A stretch of DNA of 64,000 bases, taken from Nemertoderma westbladi. Lineage: Eukaryota > Animalia > Xenacoelomorpha. Below are positions 63,001 to 64,000 of the stretch, in pieces. Below the pieces are notes generated by a model that worked only from the letters and a program-made list of their open reading frames with translations, did no database searches and was not told the origin of the DNA. The stretch lies in assembly GCA_032718475.1 (NCBI GenBank), contig JAUCBJ010007526.1, positions 1 through 64,000 on the forward strand. Reading direction: 5' to 3'. The position numbers and the translations under genes are program-made. Numbering within the stretch: the stretch's first letter is position 1; the number at the start of each line of letters is the position of its first letter.

Positions 63001-64000
63001 GGGAGCTATGTTGCTGGATGCGCCGGTAGGGGGCGCTATGTTGCTGGGGGCGCCGGCACTGCGCAGAGGGCAAGCCGATCACCATCACCCTTTGTAGACC
63101 TCTATTGTGATGCTGCATTAAGGCAGAGCAGACCAGTTGTGGTGCAAGGCCTTGCCTTTTTCTTGTTTCTGACTCCGAGATGTGTAACAAGTGTCAGCAC
63201 GCGGGGTTAATTTACGAAAAAGGGTCATAGGCGTAGTGGATAATTCGCCATTTTATTTTAAACAAAATGCCTTTCATATCCTCTAGTTGCTTTTTCACAC
63301 CATACCTTGCCGGTTGCTGCATAATGATACCGATAACAGGTATACAGCAGTAGCATTCTTTGCACACCCGTCATGTTTAGAAAAATAAATCAATGTATAG
63401 GATATGGAGGTAGAATGTCGTCATTTTTAGGGAGATAAGTTGACTTTATTTCACTTGTATCTATTGCAACAGCGGTTATAATCCGCTGGTTAAAAAAAAG
63501 CCATTTTAAATAAAATTTTATAGCGAAGAGTCATAAGTCTCAATATGAGTTTGCAGATAAAGAATACATTGCCTCTACATAATTAGTTAGATCTATGCTG
63601 ATATATGCGCCAGTAGCAGTCCAATATTTTATTGAGCGTAGAGCGTGCGTTGTCCCCAGCTGGCCACGTATCAGTCGCTTTAACCGCACTGTCGCCCCTC
63701 AATTATCAATTGAATTCTTCCCAGTTGTATAAGTTTATGAACGGCACGTCAGTATACCGTAAATCGATTGTAAAACTTCTATCGATTTCCCCTCATATTA
63801 CTTCTTATTGTACAATGGATGTCCTCAGTGGGAGTTAGTTAGAACTCAGTCTCATGGATTTTATGAAAACTATCCACCAGAAGAAGCCTGAAAGGAAGAA
63901 AATTTTAAATATAAATAATGATGATGAGCTGTAATTTAATCCGCATCGGATTGTTAAAATTAGCACAGTAAAATTATTAATAAATAAATAAAACATACTT

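Overview
AT-rich, transposon-dense animal (invertebrate) genomic DNA; not prokaryotic, no CRISPR. Host genes: an intronless medium-chain acyl-CoA dehydrogenase (27619-28908, minus), an intronless C2H2 zinc-finger gene with 45-aa N-terminal repeats (18410-19972), a 7SL/SRP RNA gene (45793-46087, minus), two internal exons of a TMC-family channel gene (47892-49321), an acidic CaaX-ending ORF (50634-51431) and a probable 4-exon orphan gene (54322-58214, minus). The centre is a three-layer nested insertion with every junction readable. An unclassified TIR element with two convergent ORF remnants (29156-45267) contains an 8-bp-TSD MITE (31255-44914). That MITE contains a very young 12.5-kb BEL/Pao-type LTR retrotransposon (31512-43970; 1233-bp LTRs identical by eye, GTATT TSD). 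The LTR element keeps an intact Gag-protease ORF but lacks RT and integrase. It has no tRNA primer-binding site; instead the 11 nt next to its 5' LTR are the exact complement of 11 nt inside the LTR, resembling Tf1-type self-priming. The remainder is MITEs (hAT, Ginger1-like, EnSpm-like, pogo-like), LINE fragments (RTE inserted in L2/CR1) and minisatellites. All family assignments come from motif recognition by eye, not database searches.
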